From Octopus sinensis (lineage: Eukaryota), in assembly GCF_006345805.1 (NCBI RefSeq), contig NC_043003.1, positions 52,266,001 through 52,330,000 on the forward strand: a DNA stretch of 64,000 nucleotides, given 5' to 3'. This document shows, piece after piece, positions 37,321 through 49,461 of this stretch. The number at the start of each line of letters is the position of its first letter. Position 1 is the first letter of the stretch. Made by a program: the position numbers and the translations under genes. The notes beneath the pieces were generated by a model. The model was not told where the DNA came from and did no database searches. It saw only the letters and a list, made by a program, of their open reading frames with translations.

Positions 37321-37601
37321 TATAGCAACATAACATAAGAATCATGAACATTCTTAGTATATCTATCATGCAGTCTAGTCAATTTTAAGAGACAAAATGT
37401 AGTCTTGTTAACAGTGTGCTCAGAAATATCACCAAATTGTTTTCTAATTTTTCTTTTATCTTTGACTGCGGCCATGCTAGGGCACTGCCTTGAAGGGTTT
37501 AGTTGAATAAACTGACTCCAATATCTTTGGCTGAACTGTTAAGTTATGGAGATATAAAGAAACCATCACTGGTTGGTGAGGGACAGACAAAAACGCACAC
37601 A

Positions 37602-37918
37602 TAATCATCATCATTGTTTAACGTCCGCTTTCCACACTAGCATGGGTTGGACGATTTGACTGAGGGCTGGTGAACCAGATGGCTGCACCAGGCTCCAATC
37701 TTGATCTGGCAGAGTTTCTACAGCTGGATGCCCTTCCTAACGCCAACCACTCTGAGAGTGTAGTGGGTGCATTTTACGTGCCACCGGCACGGGGGCCAGT
37801 CAGGCAGTACTGGCAACGACCTCGCTCGAATCATTTTACATGTGCCAGTAAGGCGACACTGGTAAAGATCACGCTTGAATGGTGCCTTTTATGTGCCACC
37901 AGCACGGACGCCAGTTAG
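37602..37918 (-). mobile_element. RTE 3'-end insertion at the microsatellite position of a minus-strand SINE A remnant (37460-37600)
   Basis: (atc)n attgtttaacgtccgctttcc..gatgcccttcctaacgccaaccact..tgccaccggcac repeats. Confidence 0.85.
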
Positions 37919-38298
37919 ACGTAGTAGTGTTGTAAATGCCTGCTCGGTTTTTTGTACTGTTCACACGTCCAGGTGATCTGGAAATAACAGTCAACATCAC
38001 CAACAGATTCATTAAAAAGTTAAGATGGTAACTTGGTTTTATATGAGAATAACACAACCTAAACAAATATCTCATACATCCATCAAACGCTCCAAGGTAC
38101 AAGTATTTTTCTTTTAACTGTAGATGGTCTATGCACAACCTGCGATGTTGCAAAATGCTTTATTTTGTGATCTTCGTGGTTTATTATGGGGAGATTGTGA
38201 GCTCAAGTAGAGCTAGCGTAATCCACGATGAACCAAATGCATAGTTTATAGACTTGTTTCTGTTTCTTTACCTTACGGAAATAATTATATCAAATGAT

Positions 38299-38683
38299 TG
38301 GCTGTGTGGTAAGTAGCTTGCTAACCAACCACATGGTTCCGGGTTCAGTCCCACTGCGTGGAATCTTGGGCAAGTGTCTTCTGCTATAGCCCCGGGCCGA
38401 CCAATGCCTTGTGAGTGGATTTGGTAGACGGAAACTGAAAGAAGCCTGTCGTATATATATATATATGTGTGTCTGTGTTTGTCCCCCTAGCATTGCTTGA
38501 CAACCGATGCTGGTGTGTTTACGTCCCTGTCACTTAGCGGTTCGGCAAAAGAGACCGATAGAATAAGTACTGGGCTTACAAAGAATAAGTTCCGGGGTCG
38601 ATTTGCTCGACTAAAGGCGGTGCTCCAGCATGGCCGCAGTCAAATGACTGAAACAAGTAAAAGAGTGAAAAAGAGAGAGTAAG
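38299..38683 (+). mobile_element. SINE type A, young copy
   Basis: Full CpG-retaining copy, nearly identical to 24200-24602. Confidence 0.9.
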
Positions 38684-38699
38684 ATGAGAGGGAGGCTCT

Positions 38700-39595
38700 A
38701 CATGGTCGTTCAGGTTGACAGATATAGCAGTCAAATCTCACTCATATCACAAATTACTACCTTAAGAAATAAAAGGACATGCTGAAAAGAATGTGATCGT
38801 TGACTATACTTAAAAAAAATTTTTTTATATATATATTTAGAAATAGGATGGGGAAGTTACGGCTGGGAAGCTTTCAACCATTCTGCTAACTAGGAGCTCA
38901 ACAACAACTACGAAATAATTTCTGACAATACCATTATACTGCCAGCTCAACTAAGGAGCTGCAAGGTGGGTTGCTTGAAATGAAAATAATAGCAGTCAAA
39001 TCCCTCTCAAATATTAGCCTGCCACCTTAAAAACGGCAGAGTACTTTGGATAATACTGCAAACAAAAAAATAAAATAATAGGTGGAAAGCCTTTATTGGC
39101 AATCTTTCGTCTCCCCTTTATTTTACGTCTGCTCAATCGGGGCTGACATGGGGCTAACAAACAATAGCAAAAGTGTCCCTCAAATAACACTCTACTTTCT
39201 TTAAGAAATTACATAACATAACGTAATGACAGATCTACAGAAAGATGGGATGGTCACAGTTGTAATGCATTCGAGCATAAATTTACTTGTACAGGCTTGA
39301 ACAATAACAATGAAGACCGGAAGTAGCACCATTATCTCCTTCTTCAATGTCATAGTCCTGCACATAATTTAACCAAGCGTTTGAGCCAATGAGGGAGTCT
39401 CTGTGTGGTTGCAGACTACTAAAAATAGCAGCAAAACTCACACCTCCCACTGTCTAAAATATACAATGATGATACATAGGTTAATGTAGTCCTACATATA
39501 CTATGACTGAATTAAAACTGTGATGGTCATGGCTGGAATATCTCCTATCGTAAATCTCCTAGATTAACATTTACCTTGGGTTAAACAAACCAACA
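38700..39595 (+). repeat. Four adjacent diverged copies of an unclassified, about 200-bp (AAC)n-tailed element
   Basis: Recurring tagcagtcaaatc..cctcaaat..gatggtca.gg.tg.aat..ggggctaa(ac)aacaa; other copies near 15050, 16150, 17730, 18480, 21035-21510 (minus) and 52150-52905. Confidence 0.6.
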
Positions 39596-39889
39596 AATAT
39601 TTGCATAATTAACAATGAGGTTAACTAACAATTAGGAAAAATGACATTTCAGTCGCATGAAGTCTCTGATATTGTAAAACTACAACAAACAACGAAATTA
39701 TAAAATTAACGAGCAATAAGGAAAATATATTTTCAACTAAATTGAAATTTTCATAATTATAATTTTGTCTCAGAATAGACGAAATGTTGAGATAAAATCT
39801 AATTTTTTTTTTCTTCTGGAGACAAGCAACTTATGAAAGAATCACCGACACAATAACCTTAAAGATAGTCGAGATATATTTGTACAACA

Positions 39890-40215
39890 ACTTACTGTTT
39901 TGTAATCTCTTTCTCGTTCATTTTTGATGTAGATGTGATTGTTGTAGGAAAATGAAGACATTGAACAGAAACAGAAAAGACGTTCATAGCATTAGTGATG
40001 GGAAGAACAAACTAAGTGATATACTTGAATAACATACATAACTAATTTACTAACACCACCAGCCTTACTTTCGTAGCTGACTATTCACTAAAAATATGTA
40101 AAATGTGTTGAACAAAGGAATTCTCACATGTACATTTAAAGAAGGCGATAATGGTAAAATCTGTGCTTCATCGCAAAATTACTATAAATGGAAGTTGTTT
40201 TGATAAAATGGCTTA
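39890..40215 (-). promoter_or_regulatory. Putative non-coding first exon and promoter of ZNF-A
   Basis: Donor aaaaca|GTAAGTTG (intron starts 39895) and TCAGCTACGAAAGTAA (40065-40080), both also found at 59720-59925 upstream of ZNF-B. Confidence 0.62.
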
Positions 40216-40336
40216 AATGAGCGCAGGTTGACTCCTGGCAGTGGTAATGGGGTACATGAACCCAGGGAAAAAGTCAAAGAAAACTTTGATAAATGATAAA
40301 GTTAATGATTTTTGGCAAACTTTCGGTAAAAATCTA

Positions 40337-40422
40337 TGACGTCATGGGTGGATGTGTGACATTGTCTTTCATATGCTTGACAGAGCTGAACAGTCAAATA
40401 CACGCATTCCTGACTGACGTCA
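40337..40422. promoter_or_regulatory. Two perfect CRE palindromes (TGACGTCA)
   Basis: At 40337-40344 and 40415-40422, about 260-340 bp upstream of the conserved ZNF-A motif. Confidence 0.4.
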
Positions 40423-40672
40423 TATACTAATACCGAAATACTGCCTAAAGTTTTGCAATTTTGATTTATTTTATTTTTTCTGTTGTTTTAAGATCTTCAA
40501 TAAAACGTTTATTTTTCACGTACTGTAATATAAATTGTAAGTTTCATCGGAGGAGGGGCAGACCTTGTATTTGCACATATAGGCTTCTCTTGTTACATAC
40601 ACACATATATACAGTTATATACATATACGCTACTGAATGACAAGGGAACAGGAATTACATAATCAATTTCAG

Positions 40673-40754
40673 TAGCCTACAGCTGTTTCTGCCGTATGAA
40701 GCAGTGCACTAGGAGTCCAGTGCCTGTACAACATCTTATAGTTTCCTCAGAGCT
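40673..40754 (-). ncRNA. Type I hammerhead-ribozyme-like motif, copy 1 (base of stem II decayed)
   Basis: Minus: TAGCT-CTGAGGA-[about 55-nt stem II]-GAAA-CAGCTG-TA|GGCTA; 5-bp stem I, palindromic stem III, GUA cleavage triplet. Confidence 0.6.
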
Positions 40755-40862
40755 ATTAAAACGAAAGGTATGTTTATTTCAGAAAACGATTGAATACATA
40801 CACACACACATATATAATTAAATAAATGATAAAAGACCAATAATTATGGAATCAACTTCATT

Positions 40863-40945
40863 TGCTAGCAGTTGTTTCTGCTATAAGCTGCAGTGCACTC
40901 AGAGGTGAGTGTTTATGCATCACCTTATGGCTTCCTCAGAGATTC
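40863..40945 (-). ncRNA. Hammerhead-like motif, copy 2 (stems I and III decayed)
   Basis: Minus: CTGAGGA-A-GCCATAAG..CTTATAGC-A-GAAA-CAACTG; core offset 189-190 nt from copy 1. Confidence 0.5.
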
Positions 40946-41339
40946 TAAAATGAAATGATCGTTTGATAGTGAAGCATATGTATATTGAGTTCTAACACAA
41001 GGTTATTTATATTGCTATGTCAAATATTTGAGTAAAAAAAAATACACAACAGACTGCAGGAAACAGTAACCCTGAGACATCTAATGACAAATGCTGTAGT
41101 TCTCAAAATGACTGATACACTCACCCAAATAGTGAAAATCTCTCCTCCCTACTCTTTATTAAGAAGACAAAACAGAGTTTGCACCCATATAATCTTGCTT
41201 TGTTTTCTATGATATTGGACAAGATAAAAAGTTTAGACTCTTAATTTTATTAAACATGGTAATTTTTCTATTTCCTCAATTCTCACCGCTCTATGATCAA
41301 TGAGAAATACTGAACTAAGATCAACATTTTATTGGCTAT

Positions 41340-42305
41340 AGGCACAGCTGTGAGCGTGTGGTAAGAAGCTTGCTTCCCAACCACATGTTTCCGGGTTTGG
41401 TCCCACTGCATGGCAACTTGGGCAAATCTTCTAATATAGCCTCAGGCTGACCAAAGCCTTGTGAGTGGATTTGGTGGACAGAAAATGAAAGAAGCCCATT
41501 ATATATATCATCATCATCATCATCATCATTTAGCGTCCGTTTTCCATGCTAGCATGGGTTGGACGGTTCTACTGGGGTCTGTGAAGCCAGAAGGCTTCAT
41601 CAGGCCCAGTCAAATCTGGCAGTGTTTCTACGGCTGGATGCCCTTCCTAACGCCAACCACTCCGTGAGTGTAGTGGGTGCTTTTTACGTGCCACCCGCAC
41701 TGGTGCCAGACAGAGCTGGCAAACGGCCACGAATGGATGGTGCTTTTTATGTGCCACCGGCACGAGGGCCAGGCGAGGCTGGCAACGGACACGAAACGGG
41801 GCGGTGCTGGCAACGGTCGCGAAACGGAAAGTTCTCTTACATGCCACCGGCACTGGTAACACATCTGCAATTTCCATTGATCGATTTCGATTCTGATCCT
41901 CACTTGCCTCAATGGGTCTTCATATATATATATTTATAATAGGATTAGCTCGTATACGAGTAGGTATATATTTGTAAAAAATGAACTGAAACATGTTATA
42001 ATGTATATATAAAAATTAAAAATTGTATAATACAGCAGCATTTTCGAACTTCATTTTTTACAAATATATATATATATATATCTGTGTGTCTTTTGTGTAT
42101 GTGTTTGTCCCTCCATCACTACTTGACAACCGGTGCTGGTGTGTTTACATCCCATTGCTTAGTGATTTGGGAAAAGATACTGATAGAATAAAAACTAGGC
42201 TTAAAAGATAGGTCCTGGGGTTGATTGCTCATCTAAAACCCTTCAAGGCAGTGCTTCAGCATGGTCACAGTCAAATGACCGAAACAAGTAAAAGAGTGAA
42301 AGAAC
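41340..42305 (+). mobile_element. SINE type A split by an antisense RTE 3' end
   Basis: Head 41340-41500, 3' body about 42075-42305. Confidence 0.75.
41507..41920 (-). mobile_element. 5'-truncated RTE (ORF2 stop region, minisatellite 3' UTR, (GAT)n tail)
   Basis: Minus starts aagacccattgaggcaagtgag, like 1315-1338; several tgccaccggcac units. Confidence 0.85.
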
Positions 42306-42580
42306 AGTTATAAAATATGGTCTGAGTAGTGAAGGCATTCAATGTCAATTCATAATTCACTTAACATGCTAGTGGTATGTGGTTTAAATGATGGCCTCTG
42401 TTCCTTGTTCATAGCTGGTCTCATACCTCCTCCCCTCAGGCATTCCAGACCTACTCATCTTTCTACTTGATATCATTGTTCCACCCAAACTCCCAATCCT
42501 GCACAAATCACGAAACTCATTCACATCTCTACAGAATATCATCAACCTGGAATCTCCTTTCTGCTTGTGTTGATTGGATA

Positions 42581-43075
42581 CCGTAAATCCTCGAGTATAA
42601 TCTGCATTTTTTTCGCAAAATTTAAATGTCAAAATCCCTAATGCGTACTATATATGAAGTTAAAAATGAAAAATATTTTCTAAGTAATGTCTGAGTTTCT
42701 ATTTGCTGTTCGGCAATGTTTATTCAGACGCATTTTGTGATGTTGGGAGTGAAAATACCTTAAGCTAAGCCTGAAAGCAATGAAATCATAAAAGAATCAT
42801 CCATAACTTGCAGTAAGCAACATTTATTAAAATAAAAGTATTCAGAACACAGAATAACACATAACAAAAACAATTTTCAAACATATTTACATTCCCATAT
42901 AACACTTAAGAATATCACCATTATTGTATTACGCATGTGTGGAAGTGTTTGTTTGACTAGGTGCTACAGGCTTCATTACGCACGACTCAAGTTAGAGAAG
43001 GGGGGGGGCGTATTATACAAAGGTTTAGGTTTTTCAGAGGTACAGCCCCTGCATATTATACTCAAGGATTTACGG
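42581..43075. mobile_element. Tc1/mariner (Tc2/pogo-like) MITE
   Basis: TA|CCGTAAATCCTCGAGTATAAT ... ATTATACTCAAGGATTTACGG|TA, 20 of 21 TIR bases match. Confidence 0.88.
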
Positions 43076-43224
43076 TAATTTATAGCTCCAAACTCACAAA
43101 TCTCAAACACCTGAAAAGGTCATGGACACTACCCCTTCCACCAGACTAAGTTTGTAAGAAAACAACAAAATTTAAACAATTATACTTTGAAATGTAAAAT
43201 CTACTAGGAGTGAAAACAAAAAAA

Positions 43225-43560
43225 ACTTTAGTATCTTTTATTTGTTTCAGTCATTAGACTGTGGCCATCACCTTGAAGAATTCTTAGTTGAATGAGTCAA
43301 CCCATTCTATCAGCTCCTTTTGCTGAACTGCTAAGTTATGAGGAGGTAAACACGTCAACACCGGTGGTCAAGCAGTGAGGGTGGGGTGGAAACAAACACA
43401 AAGACCAATATGTATATAGAGAGATGATAGGTTTCTTTTCAGTTTGTCTACTATATCCACTCACAAATCTTTGACTGACCCAGGGCTATAGTTGAAGACA
43501 CTTGCACAAGGTGTCATGCAGTAAGACAGTACCCAGTTCCTTACCACACAGCCATGCCTG
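43225..43560 (-). mobile_element. SINE type A, diverged
   Basis: Reverse complement of body and head. Confidence 0.75.
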
Positions 43561-43800
43561 CATATTGTCTATAGTGTAAAATTTAAACTCAGAAATCAGA
43601 ATTTGGAATATGAGATACTTTGTGGGCTGACTTATTTGAGATTAAGTTTTAATGTTCTGTCTCTCTGTTTATATGTGTGAACATCTAGTTATGTGTGTAT
43701 GTGTGATGTCTCTCTCTATCAGTGTGCGTATATTTGTGCATGAGTGTTTTTGCCTCCAGTGGCAAAACAGGTTGAATGCCCAGTAATGTTCTGAATCGTC

Positions 43801-43862
43801 ATTCTATAGAATGAGATGATTGGGTGCAAAGAGTTGCATCCAATCATCTCATTCTATAGAAT
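43801..43862. other. 29-bp hairpin with 4-nt loop
   Basis: ATTCTATAGAATGAGATGATTGGGTGCAA agag TTGCATCCAATCATCTCATTCTATAGAAT; one G-T pair. Confidence 0.9.
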
Positions 43863-44177
43863 TTGTTAAAAACAACAATTGTACAGCTTCAAGGAAATTC
43901 AATGTTGTTCAGAGCAACGTTTGGCTGTGGACAAAGAGCCAGGTCCAACACAACATAAAATGCTAAGCAGTAACCAATGTTTAGGAGAAAGCAAGCTTAC
44001 TATCCAGAATTAAAAAATGAATTGTCTGAATGGATTTAAGACTAGAAGGAAAGAGAAATACATTGTAACAACACTGCATGTCAGGTTATTGGCAGAAGCA
44101 AACTAAATAAAAAAGGAAGGTTGCAGAATCTGATTTTTGATGATTTAATTCTTAGAGATAAACTCATTTTGTGAACA

Positions 44178-44460
44178 GGTGCAGGAATGACTGTGTGGTA
44201 AGTAGCTTTCTTCCCAACCACATGGTTCCGGGTTCAGTCCCACTGTGTTGCACCTATAAATATATGTGCGTCTGTGTTTGTCGCCCCACCATCGCTTGAC
44301 AACCGATGATGGTGTGTTTGCATTCCCATAACTTAGCAGTTTGGCAAAATAAACCGATAGAATAAGCACTCGGCTTACAAAGAATAAGTCCTGGGGTTGA
44401 TTTGTTCAACTAAAGGTGGTGCTCCAGCATGACCACCGTCAAAGCACAAACAAATAAAAG
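44178..44460 (+). mobile_element. SINE type A with internal deletion
   Basis: Head joined directly to the body after cccactgtgttgcacc. Confidence 0.8.
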
Positions 44461-44599
44461 AATGAACTTTTATTAACATTTGCTATTTTTTTCACTCAAT
44501 AACTTTTAAGCTAAAGTTATGGTAGCAAATGCAGGAATCATGCCAGTTTTAGTGTTCATACCATAGTTTTTTTTTATATCCATAGATGTGCTTTGTATG

Positions 44600-45440
44600 C
44601 TTTTGAAGTTGTTGTTTCTACAACCTGAGGCATCTGCAAACTCACACAGAAGCTCTGAAACAACCCATCTATGAGTTAAATTTCACAGATTATAGTGCCC
44701 TTGTCCACATAGACAGCTCTGCAATGCATCATCCCTTGCTTTGCAGAAGCTGTCTGGGACTTGGGCCTAGAAGCCAGTTTAAACAAAACAGAAGTCCTCC
44801 ATCAACCTATACCACCCCTTCACATCACCATTAGGGAGAATGAAATAAAGACAGTCAACTAATTTATCTACTTTGGGCACTCCATCTCATGATACTAAGA
44901 ATCAACATGGAAGCCGACAATAGACTGGCCGAAGTAAACAGTGCATCCATGGACTTGTACAATGTCTGGAACAATAACCATGAGGAAGGGAACCAAGATC
45001 AGTGAGTACAGAACCATTGTTCCAACCATATTCTTGTATGACTTGTGAGCCATCTATTGGCACCACCAACTTATTGAGCAATTCAATCAGTGCTTCTTTT
45101 ACATTTTCCTTAACATCCAGTGGCATGACTGTCTAACATTGAGATCCAAGAGCAGGTGGGGGTCACCAGTAGCAAAGCAACACTGCTGAATACAGCTAAT
45201 GCTGGGTGGATCACATCACTGACTTCCTAAGATCATGTCATATGGTGAACTCTTCTCTGGTTACTGATAGAGGAGCACCAAAGAAGACAAAGACTCCCTA
45301 AAAAAAAAAAATCTCTGGGTGCCTGCCACATTGGTCATCACCATTAGTCTGGTCTTGCTGTTGATTATGAAGCCTGGTATCTCACTGTCCCCTGGGCAAT
45401 ACCTTCATTTGAAGACACCTACAGGACCAGCCTTACTGAC
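44600..45440 (+). mobile_element. Decayed RTE (BovB-like) RT fragment
   Basis: YNLRHLQTHTEALKQPIYELNFTDYSALVH..FAEAVWDLGLEASLNKTEVLHQP, then broken C-terminal motifs. Confidence 0.75.
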
Positions 45441-46766
45441 AAAAAAAAAAAAAAAAGAGGGAAAACAAAGAAACAACCATCCCTGTTTATCCTGAATTAG
45501 ACTTAGTGGGTATCAGCAAGCCTGCAACAGACAAACATACACACTCCACTCTGTAAACCTCCGTTCATAATCTTCAGAGATTGTATTGCACTAGTGCAAA
45601 TATATATATAACATTGGATTATCAGTTTGACATAAAGTTTCTTCTCATGTATGTTTTACATTGTTATGGAACATATGGAGTAATCAGTTAGATACCATAT
45701 GGTATAATAAGCACTTTGATGACGTATTTATACACATTAGTGGAACATTCCTATCAAAACTTCTAAGTGCAAACATAACAGAATGAAAACCATTGTTTGA
45801 GATGTACAAGAAAAGTATTTACTGTCACAGAAGCCAGCTGTGCTAAAGATGTGAATCTCTCTTCAAAAATCAAAAAAGATAAAGAATAACCACAGACAAC
45901 TGTTCCACATTTAATATAATATTTTTTAAGGTCTTTGTTTGCAGTATCCAGTTCTTTACTTAAATAAAGTTACTTTGCATCGGCATTAAATTTAGAAGCT
46001 GTTTCTAAACTGTACTTCATCATTATAAAGACTATCGCAAGTATAGTGAAATTCACAAAACAGCCTGTCCCATATTTGTCTGTCTGCATATGATGAACAC
46101 AAGCTGGTTAAGACAGAGCCCTCACAACTTGAACAGTCTGACACTCATGACTAATTGTAACACCTCATAGCTTTAACTGCTTTCTGGATCTTACATTTAC
46201 ATCTAACTTGCTTAACATCCACTATATGGTCCCATCAAAAAGCACTGGTTAAGAACTGCTCCTGCTATTGCTGTTCCAAAAAAGTTCTTTTATTAAAGTT
46301 TCTAATACAGAGTGAAATGGCATTTTATCCAAGATATTACTTTTACTTTCATGATATGGTGTATCAGCTTGAGTCGCATATTTCCAGTTGTAGCAGTTGA
46401 TAACAAGGCTAATAGATATTCAATGAACATTATTCTCAACCTTTAGCATTCTTTACTCACTGATAAACTTAAGAAATAATTAGCATTATTATATGCTGTT
46501 TGCATTCAACATCTCAGTGACAATTCTTGAAGAATCAGTACCATTCTTTGCATTTCCTTGTAAATGCTTTACTCACCCTCAGCTTAGGCTATGTCTGAGA
46601 TTATACAATATAGTTAGTCTTCAATTTAATAACAAATACATTCATGGTAAAATTCTTAATTCAAACATCTGAACAACAGAAAAGCTTGGTATCTCTTGTG
46701 GAGTCAAAATTAAACGAAAATCACTCCACCACCCACTAAATAAAGCAGACATCGATACAATCATTT

Positions 46767-46802
46767 TATTTTCAAATAATTTCATACATTTTATTTATTC
46801 TT
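46767..46802 (-). terminator. Putative poly(A) signal block of ZNF-B
   Basis: 36 of 36 bases identical to 32561-32596; contains AATAAA. Confidence 0.65.
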
Positions 46803-47649
46803 CAGTCTTTGCATTCTATTTGTTATATATATATATATTCTTTTTCTTTGGCATTATATAATTTTGAAGATATTTTCATGAAAAACAAGCTTTCAAAGGA
46901 TAAACCTTACATCAATTAATTTTCAAAATACACATTTGTTGTTAGCAATTAATGGCAATGAAATTATGATAAATGTAAGTATATAATCAAACTAATTATT
47001 AAAGTTAATCCAAAGTAAACTAATTGGAAATGCAACAACACGTTTTCGAACATTAATTGGACACATGGCTTCATGTATTTATATAAAATATAATCAGAAG
47101 TTACACTACATTCATAAGAATTGATCAAGTAAATGGCTACAGAAACACATACAAGCTTAAAGCACAGGATCCTTAGGTGAATCACTGATACTATATTGGA
47201 GGGTTCAGGATCAAAGTTTATAAAAATAACTGCTAACTTCTGTCAGCCCAAGAGGGAAAAGTGAAATGGCTGGAATAATGTAACATGAAAATATTTCAAA
47301 GGGGTAAAAGACACATTTATGGAATTTATAATGGATAATTCTTTTAAAACCGCAAGTATTTGTGATGTCAAATGACAAGGTTCAAGAACGATGAAACTTT
47401 GAATTTATTCTATTTAAATTTCATAAAACACTCCATTTTCCCACTTTTACCATAGATACCACCTATATCAATGTTCATGAACAGTTAATATACTGTTTAG
47501 TGAAAATGTTATACTGTGTATATTGCTGTATAGTTATCAATTCCACGAATAAGTTTGTAGTCAAATCAAGTGTATTCCAAGTAAATTTTCACCACAAATA
47601 CCACAATGATATGAGAACACCATACAGCAAATGAGTTCATTCTTGTTAC

Positions 47650-49100
47650 AAGATTACATTTAGTCATCCTTTGAAATTGGGGTAAAGATTTCTATAAGTT
47701 CATGCAGGTCTGACATTTTTAGGAACATATTTTCAATCTAAATCAGATTCAGCCCAGCACACTGTCTAGTTTTAATACTTTATTGTCAAATCTAGACTAC
47801 TTGATGGATTAATTTCGTACACAATATTTATTCCATCTGAGTAAAGGAGAAATGCAGACATCAGGCACCTGAAGGCTATGTTCACAGCAAAAATGTAGGC
47901 CAAACAAGAATTCCAGTATGTTGCAGTTCAGGGAAGGATTGGGTGTAGTGTTTAGAACAAGATCACCATAGGAAATCATTTTAGGGACTTTGATGGATTT
48001 TACTTATGTGTTGTCCATAACTAGATGAGGTGAAGTACAAGACTGATACTTTGATTTGTGTTTATATGATGTTGAAACAGACTAGAGTGTTACATTCTAA
48101 TTGATGGACATTTTCAAGAGCCCTGTGCAAAAAGGTAAAGCAGGTTTGGTGTAAAATATTTAGGTTGTGCACCAATGTTAATGTATATAGAAGTTTCAAG
48201 GGTTAGTGTAGAATCATATGTATAGAGATGACATTGAGACAATCTCAATTATAACAGACCGAAAGTATAAGCTCAGGACTGAAGAGAGTATTATCAGCAA
48301 AGGTCTGACAAGAAGTCTATGATAGAGATGTAAACTAGAGTTGGGGTAATTTAGCTAAAATGTTTTCATACCAAACATGTTTGAGGAATTTGCTGATTTC
48401 AAGTACCACAACAGTGCTTTCACCAGAATTCCAAAGAACAAGAACTGGTGAATAATGAAGGAAAGCAAGTCTCCAGTTGATCTAGATCAAAACAATGAGT
48501 TGTCAGAGAAAGTGGTTTACAACTGTTTCTAATCATCAGTTCTCGAGATAGTGGAGAGAGCATTATAAATATAGGTCTGTAGTCAATGGGGCCTGAAGTT
48601 ACCCATTTTCAGCAATGCACCCAGTCACATGCTTTCATGGACTGAGAGCTTGTGTGTGTGAGAGTGAGAGATTGAATCGTTTAACAAGGACAGAATAGGT
48701 GCTTTGCTTGAGAGGGATGGAAAGAATAAAGTCAGGACTAGTTATTTCAATTAAATCATCAGATATTTGAATGTGAATATTGTGTGAATATAATGGTGAA
48801 ACTAGAAGGAAAATTGCAGGGAGTTTTGTTTGGCATATAGTGTGGAGTTATATAAGTGATGCAAGGAGAAAATATATAGCTTTTACAACTGATGTGCTGC
48901 TTATAAAGTTATTTTCCTGAGGATTCTATGTAGCCAGAAGAGACTCTCTTGGTAAGAGACCAGAAAACTCTGCTGCAGTCTGGGAGGGAAGAAAACATCC
49001 AGGCTATGTCATGCACAAAGACAACTTTCTGCTTTACTTAGAGCAATTCCCAAAATGGAGTTGTTGCTGTTGTTGTTGGTGGCTTATTCTATGTTTTACA
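47650..49100 (-). mobile_element. Decayed Jockey/CR1-superclade LINE ORF2 in the putative ZNF-B 3' UTR
   Basis: DYRPI (about 48575), RSTGDLLSF (about 48460-48483), GESTVVVLEISKFLKHVWYENILAKLP (about 48345-48430); colinear with 33400-34880. Confidence 0.78.
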
Positions 49101-49461
49101 GGCAGAGTTCTTTGTGCAACAAAGCTTTGAGTAAACAATGTGGAGATTCTGAACTTCAAGGGAACTGGTTGTATGAAAGATCTGGAGGGATATACCAAAG
49201 AGGTCAGTTTCAATCACTCAGAGTTGGGATGGAGGCGGAAAAGAGGAAGACATGGACTGAAACAGATTTTTTTTTATTCAATAATGAAGTTAATACTGGC
49301 AAGTATTGGCCACATCAAAATTTTTGGTTAACAACATGATTAGTTTAGCAATGTGTTTCAGCAGAGGTAGTAGTTATAGCTTTAATGTATTGCAAAAAAT
49401 GGATAGCTATCATGTGTTAACATATATTAATGAGCCAGCTCCAATACTGTACAGAGTATAA

